A DNA stretch of 21,474 nt, from positions 1 through 21,474 of the forward strand of contig JAIVFI010000052.1 of the NCBI GenBank assembly GCA_025558095.1, read 5' to 3'. The stretch's first letter is position 1, and each line of letters opens with the position of its first letter. Positions 10,059 through 19,066 of the stretch are shown piece after piece. The position numbers were made by a program, and so were the translations under genes. Under the pieces are notes generated by a model, which did not search any database, was not told the origin of the DNA, and saw nothing but the letters and a program-made list of their open reading frames with translations. The DNA comes from Hyaloraphidium curvatum SAG 235-1 (taxonomy: Eukaryota > Fungi > Monoblepharomycota).

Positions 10059-10550
10059 TCACTGTCCGGCCTCCCCCTTCTCCATCAGCGCGCCCCACCT
10101 CTCAAAGCTTTCGGCGCTCCACACCTCCCCCACGTCGTAGAACTCCGCCACGGCCCTCGCCCCCGCGGGCAGCACCACCCACGGCTGCTTCGTCGACGTG
10201 TAGATGTGCACGTCGGGCCGCACGGCGTCGGGGTCCTCGAGCGTGCCCGCGCGCACGAAGGCGCAGAGCCTCCCGGCCTGCGGGTAGTGCGACCACAGCG
10301 CGACGCGGCACGAGGGGCAGCGCGCGACGAGCTGCCCGCGGCCGCTGGCCGAGGGCGTGTCGACCTCCTCGGGCGCGCCCGCGAGGAGCTCCACGGCGTC
10401 GGTCTCGACGACGCAGTTTAGGGCGAAGGAGACGCCGGATTTGCGCTGGCAGTGGCAGCAGTGGACGATCAGGGGGGGGCGGGTGACTCGGTACCGCACC
10501 CGCCCGCAGGTGCAGCGGCCGGCGAGGGGGGGTTGGGAAGAGACGGGCAT
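10059..10550 (-). CDS. GFA / CENP-V (Mss4-like) zinc-binding family protein, intronless (163 aa)
   Basis: GRCTCGRVRY, HCCHCQRKSG, RCPSCRVALW, FVRAGTLEDP and PDVHIYTSTKQPWV are hallmark GFA-family motifs. Confidence 0.9.
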   Translation of the reverse strand: MPVSSQPPLAGRCTCGRVRYRVTRPPLIVHCCHCQRKSGVSFALNCVVETDAVELLAGAPEEVDTPSASGRGQLVARCPSCRVALWSHYPQAGRLCAFVRAGTLEDPDAVRPDVHIYTSTKQPWVVLPAGARAVAEFYDVGEVWSAESFERWGALMEKGEAGQ

Positions 10551-10646
10551 GGTGGGGGGTTACACGTAGGCAACGGGTGCTCGAGAGCCCTTTGGTGTGG
10601 AGCGTGTGGCTCGGTTTTTGGAGGTGACTCGTCGCCGGGCTCCGTT

Positions 10647-10920
10647 TTAGAAAGCCCCTTGTCTCCCATCTCTCCCAGCTTTCCCCTCCATGGCCATGAA
10701 GATGTGCAGGACCTGCTGCAGTTTCATCGCTCGTTCTCTATCGATCAGTCTGGGCACGTCTCCGGATTCATTCATTACGAAGACGCGTCGGCCCTTCGGC
10801 GGCGGGGTATCGGAGGAAGGGAAGGAGTATGAATTCACCGTGACGGATGTCTCCAAAAGAACAAAATCTCGGCTACGTATAGGTGCTCAAGAAGCAATCA
10901 GGAAACCCGGGCCACCAAGG
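10647..10920 (-). pseudogene. Possible START/SRPBCC-like domain remnant
   Basis: After an in-frame TGA the frame reads APIRSRDFVLLETSVTVNSYSFPSSDTPPPKGRRVFVMNESG, resembling the START motif P-x-x-x-RDFV...S...PP-x-KG. The resemblance is by eye only. Confidence 0.3.
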
Positions 10921-11104
10921 GGAAAGGAATAAGGCACAAAAGATCGCCAGGTGGTTCGCGGGCTGCTATGGACCGTTCGCAGCAGGGCGAAGGCCGCTGG
11001 TTGATATTGATGGAGGGCCAACACATTGCTACATGATACTGACGAACCGTCCCCGCACGACAATCCTAGCCGTCCGGCTCCCCACCACCATTGGTGGACT
11101 CCCA

Positions 11105-12269
11105 TCAGTCCGCCGAGGCCGCCGCTACAACGGCGAGAGACCTCCCTTCCTCGTATAGCGGCCCGCCCGTGATCCTCCTCCACATGTTCGTTTCGGCCTC
11201 TGCCCCTGCGGTGAACGAGGAACCGAGATTGGGCACGACACCCGCCCATACTTGCTTGCCAGCACCTGCTCCACGCCTGGAAGCGACTCCGGATCCAAGG
11301 ACGGGTAGAAGATCGAGAGCACGAGCCGCTTTGCAGGGGGGGGGCAGGGGCCCCAGCTCGACGAGGCAGGCCGTCTCGCCCATGCGGAGCTCGAGCACCT
11401 CCAGCCCGCGCAGGCGGCCGAGGGACGGTGGGACGGGCTCCTCGTAGCGAAACGTCAGGCTTATCAACAGCCTGCGGGGGGCGAAGGCGGGGTTCTCGAA
11501 CAGCGCTTGGGCTCCAAAGAGCTCCAAGACGGCCAGCGAGAGCGAATCGATGGCCGAGACAACATGCTGCATCTGGGCCAGGCGCACATACAGACCGTCG
11601 GGCGCGCCATCCTGGGTGAGGTCCAGTGCCAGCGACTCCAGCTCGGCGGCCCCGAGCGCGGCCAGGAGCCGGGGTACGTCTGCGGGAAACCCGCCGGCCC
11701 ACGAAAGGTGCTTCAGCGACGGCGGCAAAGCTTCGGCGAGGAAATCCCGATCAAAGTTCCACTCCCCGCCGACGTCCAGCTTCAGTCTCTCGAGCCCGGT
11801 GAGGCCGGCGATGAGCCGCCCGACGGTCCCGTCCTCGTTGGCCCGGTACAGGTTGAGAGCCACCTCACGCAGGTCCTTGAAGAGCCGCAAGCATTCCACG
11901 ATCAGCGCGGTGTCCGTCTCCTCGAAGTGCGGAGGACCGAGGTCCAGGATCCGCACCAGGTCGGCGTGCCGCCGGGCGGCGTCGAGAAAGGACTCGGCGT
12001 GCGCGTCCGCGTGCGTTATCCGCCCGTAGAGGACGGGGAGCGCGAGGTCGAAGGTCGCTTTGCTCGCGAGCGCGCACTCCAAAAGGGGAACTCAAACTTC
12101 GCCTGCGCCTGCGGCCGGTCGCTTTGCAGTCCACCGAGGCCAGTTCGCCGAAGATGAGAGACAGCTCAGGGGGAAAGTTGGGACCGCCGTCCGGCGGCGC
12201 GTCGTCCGCGTCCTGTGCGCGGGCTGGGGCGTCCGCCGGCAGGGAAAGCGCGTTTCCGAGCGTCTCCAT
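11105..12269 (-). pseudogene. F-box/LRR-like family member D, full length but broken by a 31-bp insertion (12086-12116) and compensating frameshifts at ~11340 and ~11230
   Basis: METLGNALSLPADAPARAQDADDAPPDGGPNFPPELSLIF...CKAT [31 bp] LLECALASK is co-linear with member A. A G9 run at 11336-11344 shifts the frame away from the family-like LPPAKRLVLSIFYPSLDPESLPGVEQVL. The gene ends in TNMWRRITGGPLYEE. Confidence 0.75.
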
Positions 12270-12478
12270 CGCGGTGGCTGCGAGTTCGACGGGTGACGGC
12301 GAGGTTTCGGTGGGCGTCTCGACATCCAGTGAACGCAGTAGAAGCGGGTTCGCGGAGCGGCCAACGCGATCCCATGGAACCATGCCAGCTACCCACGATA
12401 CATGCATGAATGAAAACCCCTGCTGCTTTTGAGATCAGTCCATCGCCTCGGCTGTGCCCGCCTCTGCCATCCCCGAGC

Positions 12479-13335
12479 TTACTCATCCTCAGAGTATTCG
12501 CCGCCAGTGATCCTCCTCCACATCTCCTTCTCGGCTTCCGCCTCCCCGGCGGGACGACCGGGCGAGGAACGGCGCTGATCGTAGACGGCAACGCTGCCGT
12601 AGTCCCGCCGCAGCATCGCCTCAACGGCCGCGAGCGATCCCGTCTCCAGCGACGGGGAGAACTCCAAGAGCTCGAGCTGCCCTGCCAGGGGGAACTCCAG
12701 AGCTCCCGCTGTGGCCTTGGTTTGTTCCACAGCCCTTCGACCCGGATACTGGATCCTTGCGGCCGCTGTTCGATGATTGAGGCCAGCATGGGCAAGTAGT
12801 AGGATTCACCATGGATACCTTCCAAGCCATCGCGAAGGACCGATTTCCGCAGGATCACCAGCTCCGAGTGGCAGTTCAGAAGGATGGGGAGAACATCGTC
12901 GAAGAGGGTGTGTGGGGACATCTGGGGCTCGTGGAAGCAAACAATCGGCAGCACTACCAGCGCCCTGAGCAACGGCTCTGCTCCGTGTCCGGTAAGGAAG
13001 GTCATGACATCCGCCCTCTCGACGTTGGCGAATCACGGCGACCTGTCCTCCAGAGCCCGCGCCAGTTTCTGAAAAATGTAGCGCTCGTGCAGAAAGAGGT
13101 GTTTGATCGGGGACCGCGACCACGGAACGGTCATTTGGAGCAGCTGCTGGATGTAGCCCTCGTTCGTCCTCGTGGCGTGGAGCTCGCGTAGAAGCAGCGG
13201 CCGCGCCAGAGCGACGCACTCGCGGGACGCCAGGGCGAAGTGGAGGAGCGTGCATCGGTGCTTTCGGTCCGCCAGAACTTCCATGGCCGCGAGCATCAGC
13301 TCGGGCAGAAGGGCGGGGGCTTCGGGTGCGGCCAT
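12479..13335 (-). pseudogene. F-box/LRR-like family member E (divergent), with in-frame TGA at 13033-13035 and a frameshift at ~12720
   Basis: MAAPEAPALLPELMLAAMEVLADRKHRCTLLHFALASRECVALARPLLLREL is F-box-like and matches the TLLxxxLAS of members A and D. The frame continues past the TGA. The C-terminal piece reads LELLEFSPSLETGSLAAVEAMLRRDYG...EKEMWRRITGGEYSEDE*. Confidence 0.7.
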
Positions 13336-13562
13336 TTTGGCTTTCGGCAATGAGCCAGAGCCGCCTCCCTCCGAAGCTTCAAAGGACGGGAAGCACCGAA
13401 GAACGGGGCAGTTCGTCTCGATCTTCTTGTTATCGCACTTCTCCAGCAACTTCGTCGGATATTCCATTCGTTTCGTATGACATGGACGCCAACGGATTGT
13501 AGAGTTCGAACGAAGACATAGGAAGGCCTACACAATAGAAAACCTTCCAAAGCGAACACACG

Positions 13563-16500
13563 TTACGCCGCCGATAGTCGAGCCAGCTCCCTGGCAACGT
13601 CGGCCATGGCCGGCCTGCGCGCCGGCTCCTCCTCCCAGCACGATCCGACGAGCGCCCAGACGCCGTCGGGCACCCCGCCAGGGCGGGGCGGCCTCTTCCC
13701 GCCGAAGATGGCCTTCATGACCTGGCAACAACGTGTTCCCTCAGTCAGACGGCGGGCAAACATGGAACAGTCGGTGAATACGCACCGCAGCGGGTGAGGT
13801 CAGGTCATCGTACGGGTCCCGCCCGCCAGAGAGGACCTGATAACACATCATCCCGAACGTCCACACGTCCGCCTACCTGCCCATGGGCTCGTGATCGAAG
13901 AACTCTGGGGGCGCGAAGCGGATCGTTGCGCCCTGCAGGCCCTTGTACACGTAGCCACCGTTGCCTTTGCTGTCCTCTATCCGGGTGCGGATCTTGGAGA
14001 TGCCAAAGTCGGCGATCTTGGCCACGGGGTTGCCCGAGCCGTCCACGGCGACGAGCACGTTGTCGGCCTTGAGGTCCGAGTACACGACCCCGCGGGAATG
14101 CAGGACGGCCATCCCCGCCGCGGCGTGGGCGAGCATGCGAATCGAGAGGGGCTTGGGCCAGCCTCGGGCGGCCAGGAAGGACTTGAGGCTGCCTCCATTG
14201 CATAGCTCTGTGACCAAGAAGGTGGGGCCGGTGCGGTACGCAAGCAGAGGCACAACTGGATGCGGGTCAGTCGAGAGCAAGTCTCGCATGGTTGCGTGGA
14301 CCCACGATTGTCGTGCCTGGGCACATCAATCCACATCTTGAGCTCGGCTTCGAACATGACCTTGGCGTCCGCCTCCTCGAGCGACGCATGCAGCAGCTTG
14401 ACCGCGACCTCGGCCCCGCGGAACCGCCCGCGGAACACCTCCCCGAACCCGCCCGCGCCCAGCGGCCGGTCCCTGAAGATCTGCACGTCGGCTTCCTCCG
14501 CCCACACGGCCTTGGTCACCGCGGGCTGCGCCGCGGCGCGCTTCAGCGCCATCGCGACGGATGCCATCGTGGGGCGGGCGCCGGGGTCCTCGGCCCAGCA
14601 CGAGGTCACGACGTCCCACACGGCGTTCGGGACACCTTCCGGCCGCGGCGGGCGCTCGCCCTTGAAGATCGCCCTCATGACCTGCGGCAGCAACGGTGCG
14701 TCACGGCGGCGCACAGGGGGCTCTTCGGGAAAAGGACACTCACGGCGGATGCCGAGCTGAGCTTGTCGTACGGATCCTTGCCTTGCGACAGGGCCTGGTA
14801 GCACATCATCCCGAACGTCCACACGTCCGACGCCCTGCGCGGCGGCTCGTCCTCGAAGAACTCCGGCGGCGCGTACCGCATCGTGGCCCCGCCCACGCCG
14901 TGGTACACGTACCCCGGCCCGCGGCTGTCGCCGACCCGCGTGCGCACCTTGGCCAGGCCGAAATCGGCGATCTTGGCCACGGGCATGCGGCCGCCGTCGT
15001 CGACCAGGACGTTGTCGGCCTTGAGATCTGAGTGGATGACTCCCTTGGAGTGGAGGAAGGTGACGCCGACGGCGGCCTCGGCGAGGAGGTGGATCGTCAG
15101 GGAGGGGTCCCAGTTCTTGCGGGCAAGGAACCTCTTCATGCTGCCCGCCGGGTACAGCTTGGTGATGAGGAGCGTCGGGCCGGTGCGGTATCCGAGGAGC
15201 GGGACGACGTTCTCGTGCGCAGGCAGATCAGCCCACGCCTTGACTTCCGCGTCCAGCATCGCGTTCGCCTCGTCCGTGCTGTACGTGTCCAGGGCCACCT
15301 TGACGGCGACGTCCGTGAGGCCGAGGTACCTGCCGCGGTAGACGGCACCGAAAGCGCCCCTGCCGAGCAGCTCGGACCGCTCGTACGCAATGTCGGCCTC
15401 GTCCACCCAGTACGACGTCTTGGAGCGCGCCGGAGCGGGCTTGGCATCGCCGCCCCCGACGACCACCGTCGCGTCGGAGGCGGAGGATTGCCCCCTCGAG
15501 AGCGGCCTCGGCGGCGGCGCGGGCGCGGCGAGCTTGCCCCTCTGGGCGGCATCGAACTCCTCGAAGATCTTCTCGGCGGCCTGCCACGCATCGTAGCGCT
15601 TGGGCGGCCGCGCGGCCTCGATCGCGCGCACGATGCCGTGGTGCTTCTCCTTGCGGGCGACGTCGAGCCCCGTCTGGCCCTGCGCGAGCGCAGCCGCGTC
15701 CGTGCGCTTGTCAGCAAGGAGCAGCTTGACGACTTCGAGGTGGCCCTGGTGGCATGCAGCGTGGAACGCCGTGAGCCCGTCGCCGAAGGAGGCGTTCACG
15801 TCCAGCTTGGCGTTTCCGAGCATGAGCGCGACCGCCGCGGCGCGTCCCTCGAGGCAGAGCATGTGGAAGCCGGTCAAGTTCTTGGTGTTCCTTGCGTTGA
15901 TGTCCACCCGCGGATCCGCGACGAGGAGTCGGATGACCGCCTCGTGCCCTTTGCGGCACGCAAAGTGGATCCCCGTCCAGCCGTCCTCGTCCTTGGCGTT
16001 CACGTCCAGCCCGTCCCGCTTTAGCAGGAACTTGACCACGTCGGCGTCGCCCTCGCCGCATGCGTGGCGGAAGACCCCGGCAGCGAGCTCGTCCGAGAGG
16101 ACAGGCGGCCCAGGAGCGGACTCCGGGTAGTCCATCTCCCCTCCCCCGACGCCCATGAGCGCCCGCACCCAGGCATCGCGCATGTCCATCCAGCCTTCCA
16201 CCTGGCTGGAGCTGCGGATGTGCTGCTCGACCGCGAGCAGGCACGTGGCCGCATGTGCGACGGTGCAGGTCGGCCCTTTCATCTCCTTGGCCCAGTGCTC
16301 GCGGCGGCCGCCGAGCCAGGACGACCTCTGGGCTTCGGCTTTGATCGCTCGCTCGTACTTGTAGAGCAGGTTGTAGAAGCTCGCCAGGTCCGTAACATCC
16401 TCGGGCCTGGCCAGGGGCACGTGCTCCGTCACGTACTCGGGCCGGAGGCTGCCGTGCAATCCACGCAGAGACGTCCACAGGACAGCCGGGTCGCCCTGCT

Positions 16501-17416
16501 TTGGTTCGGGGTCCGCGCACAGGACCAGGTCGTAGCTGCCTTCGGCGCCCCAGCGGTAGGTGTTGCTGGATCCGTTGTCCCATCGCACGGTGAGAACGCC
16601 GCCCGCCTTGTCGGCATCCTTCACTTTCCCGGCGCCCCCGCCGTCCTGTGATCCCCACTTCCAATCGGGGCCTCGGCGCACGCGCATGCCGACCATCTGC
16701 TCGCAAGTTGGACGGAGCGCCCTTACCACAAGATCCCAGCAGCCCTCCGCCCCCCAGCGATAGTTGTTGGTCTTCCCGACGTCCCATCGGACGGTGACCC
16801 ATCCCTTTTCCTTTTCCAGCACGCCGATTACGGCGCCCTCGCGGCCGGCACCCCCGTCCTGCTCGCCCCACTTCCAGTCCTTGCCGCGGCGCACGCGGAC
16901 GCCCACCATGCCCTCCCACCGCATGCCCCTGGGCCCGTGGCTGCGCACGACCTCGAGGTCGCAGCGGCCGCCAGCGTCCCAGCGGTAGACATTGCTCCGG
17001 CCCGCGTCCCAGCGCACGTGCACCCAACCTTCATACCCCGCATCGTAGTCCAGGGCGACCACCGTGCCTTCGCGGCCGGTGCCGCCGTCCTGGTCGTCCC
17101 ACTTCCAATCCCTGCCGCGGCGCACGCGCGTGCCCACGGCGTGCTCCCAGGGCGTGCCGCTGGCGGCCCCGGGCGGCGCTTCTTCGAGGTCGAACGCGCC
17201 ATCGGCGCCCCACCGGTGCAGGAAGGCGCCGCCGGCGTCCCACTCGACGCGCAGCCAGCCGTCCAGGGGCGCGTGCGCCGCGGCGACGGTGCCCAGGCGG
17301 CCCGCGCCGCCGTCCTGCTCGCCCCACCGCCAGTCGCGCCCGCGCCGCACGCGCCGCCCGATCATCGCGGCGATCGGCGGGCGCGGGGCGTCCCGCGCGG
17401 GCATCGCAGGCGGCAT
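13563..17416 (-). CDS. MIB/HERC2 x4 - helical W-motif repeat - ankyrin repeats - tandem TKL-type protein kinase (~1225 codons); exons 17416-14744, 14681-14306, 14255-13786, 13721-13563; in-frame TAG at 13873-13875
   Basis: Four copies of GxRVRRGxDWxWxxQDGG..G.V...VxWDxG....YRW..G..DL (~17365-16520). About 5 ankyrin repeats (GWTGIHFACRKGHEAVIRLL, GLTAFHAACHQGHLEVVKLLL). Kinase 1 has GRGAFG, VAVK, HSDLKADN, DFG and APPE. Kinase 2 has GAGGFG, VAVK, YSDLKADN, DFG and APPE. Introns 14743-14682, 14305-14256 and 13785-13722 are GT-AG and restore the frame. Confidence 0.88.
16520..17365 (-). repeat. Four tandem MIB/HERC2 domain-coding repeats (~220 bp period)
   Basis: Repeat units start at MIGRRVRRG, AVGTRVRRG, MVGVRVRRG and MVGMRVRRG. 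The + strand repeatedly shows ccacttcca and gccgcggcgcacgcg. Confidence 0.9.
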
Positions 17417-17455
17417 CGCGGTGCGCCGGCTGCCGGTGGGGGACCGCTGCGGTTG

Positions 17456-17471
17456 GACTGACTGACTGACT
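17456..17471. repeat. (GACT)4 microsatellite 40-55 bp upstream of the kinase gene ATG
   Basis: gactgactgactgact read directly from the sequence. Confidence 0.7.
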
Positions 17472-17872
17472 TTCGACGGCTGATGGGTGTTGGGGGACGG
17501 ACCCGGCCACGGGGGACTAACCGTTCCTGGCAGGCGAGACCTCCAGCATTCTCTTGGATTCGATTCGAAAGGACACTGATCAACTGGCAATGCGATTCCT
17601 GAGACAGATGACGTCGTCGTGTTTGCCGTCCGGCTCCGTTCGGGGGGGCGGGGCGGAGTTTCGGAGCGGTTTCCCCCGAATGCCACTCCTGGCAGAGCTT
17701 CACTTCCCCGATTCCATGACAACCAATTCCCATCAACTGGCCAGCATCCGATTGGCCCGATGTCAACGTCTGGCCGGTGACCTTGGCGTGAGCGCGCTGC
17801 CCTCCCCCTGTGCGCGCGGACCCCCGCAGACACTGCCACAAACTCCGGATCCCGTGACCCCAACAGACGCCC

Positions 17873-18373
17873 ATGGCCCCCGCCGCCGAGCGGCGCGCCC
17901 CCGCCGGCGATCCACGACCCCCTCCCGCCGTCGGCCGCGGGGCGCCGACCCCGCCGCCGGCCCCGCCGGCCCCGCAGAAGGCCCCGCCGCGCGCGGACCC
18001 CGCTGACGGCTCCGACTCGGACGGCACACTCGGCGCGGACGAACCCTCGCCCGCCGACTGCACGGCGCCGAAATTCACCCCGCGGCGGTGGGCCTCCCCG
18101 CCCAAGGCCCCCGCCTTCCGCACGCCGGTCCCCGACCGGATAGCGAAGCGCGACGCCGCCTCGGCCGCGCTGGTGGCCGCGCTGCTGCGCACGGGGGCCC
18201 GGGACGAGGACTGTGAGCTTGCAGAGGAAGACATCGAGGAGGTACCGCGCGTGCCGGCGGGGTGCGCTCGTTATTGGGAGTCCGGATTGTGCGACGACGA
18301 CCTGAGGGAGGGGGCAGAGCATTGGGAGGAGCGGTGCGCTGGCGACGCTTGGAGGACCGGGGCGTGCATTTGA
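17873..18373 (+). CDS. Hypothetical protein (166 aa), Pro-rich N-terminus and acidic Cys/Trp-containing C-terminus; divergent from the kinase gene
   Basis: ATG in a gcccATGG context. Non-random C-terminus (AALVAALLRTG...EEDIEEVPRVPAGCARYWESGLCDDDL). It shows the same C-rich-5'/G-rich-3' skew as the confident genes and is followed by more AT-rich sequence. Confidence 0.55.
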   Translation: MAPAAERRAPAGDPRPPPAVGRGAPTPPPAPPAPQKAPPRADPADGSDSDGTLGADEPSPADCTAPKFTPRRWASPPKAPAFRTPVPDRIAKRDAASAALVAALLRTGARDEDCELAEEDIEEVPRVPAGCARYWESGLCDDDLREGAEHWEERCAGDAWRTGACI

Positions 18374-19066
18374 AGGGGTTGTGTCAGGTTGTTTGGGGTC
18401 CGGGGTGCGGGGATGGGCTTGCTTGAATGGAGCACGGCATGGTCGGCTGCGCGCAGAGGGAGTGTGTTTGTTTCTGGGCGCTTCTCTGCGTCCGCAATGT
18501 TTGGAAGCGTTGGTTTTTGGTGAAGCCGGTCGAGTTCCGCGCGACGGTCGATGAACAGACTTGTAACATAAGCACCTGTCAAATGGACGAGCACGTGGAC
18601 ACACGCAGATGACAGGCGCCGGGAAGCTCCATCACGCGGAACACTTTGCTTTTTACCTGCTTGTTGCATCGAGGAGGATCTTGTCGTCCGGCGCTTGTCA
18701 ACGCGCTGTGGAACGCCCCTACGAAGGACCGAAGCTCTTGTCCGGGAACGCAGTTCCATGACAGGCGCCGGAAAACACTATCTCGCCTGACCTTCTCTTT
18801 CTTTGCTTCTTGATCCCTCGAGAACAATCGTTTCTTCCGGCGCCTGTCAAACGGCTACTATGGCCCGAGTCAGCTCCTCCGGGCCATTCATCGCCCAAGG
18901 AGCTCGACAGCACCGGAGGTTGGAATCAGTTGTATAATCTTCATTGTTTTCCTCCAGTTAGGCGAGCGATTGACCGCAGATCGCCTCCCTTGCCCTTCGT
19001 GCTTCGGGCTGCTTGGCGGCGCCGATCCAGCGGGTCCCGGCTAAACCCAACTGTCCCCCGAAAGCA

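Noticed and set aside
13033-13875. Alternative genetic code explaining the in-frame TGA and TAG
   Set aside because: TAG, TGA and TAA all serve as normal terminators elsewhere (4646, 8279, 20885, 6234), and the 2.67-kb kinase exon has no internal stops.
16520-17365. Regularly spaced repeats suggestive of a CRISPR-like array
   Set aside because: The repeats are degenerate, in frame and encode MIB/HERC2 domains. There are no cas genes and the context is eukaryotic.
17417-18604. N-terminal ~400 aa extension of the 1309-aa ORF (14675-18604)
   Set aside because: It starts at a non-ATG codon, is Arg/Pro/Gly-rich shadow sequence antisense to ORF 17873-18373, and contains no domain. The real start is most likely the ATG at 17416 or 17404, just before the first MIB/HERC2 repeat.
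18400-19000. Lower-GC stretch with short ORFs, considered as a mobile element or ncRNA
   Set aside because: No terminal repeats, transposase motifs or tRNA/rRNA structure are visible. It is consistent with a 3'UTR plus promoter.
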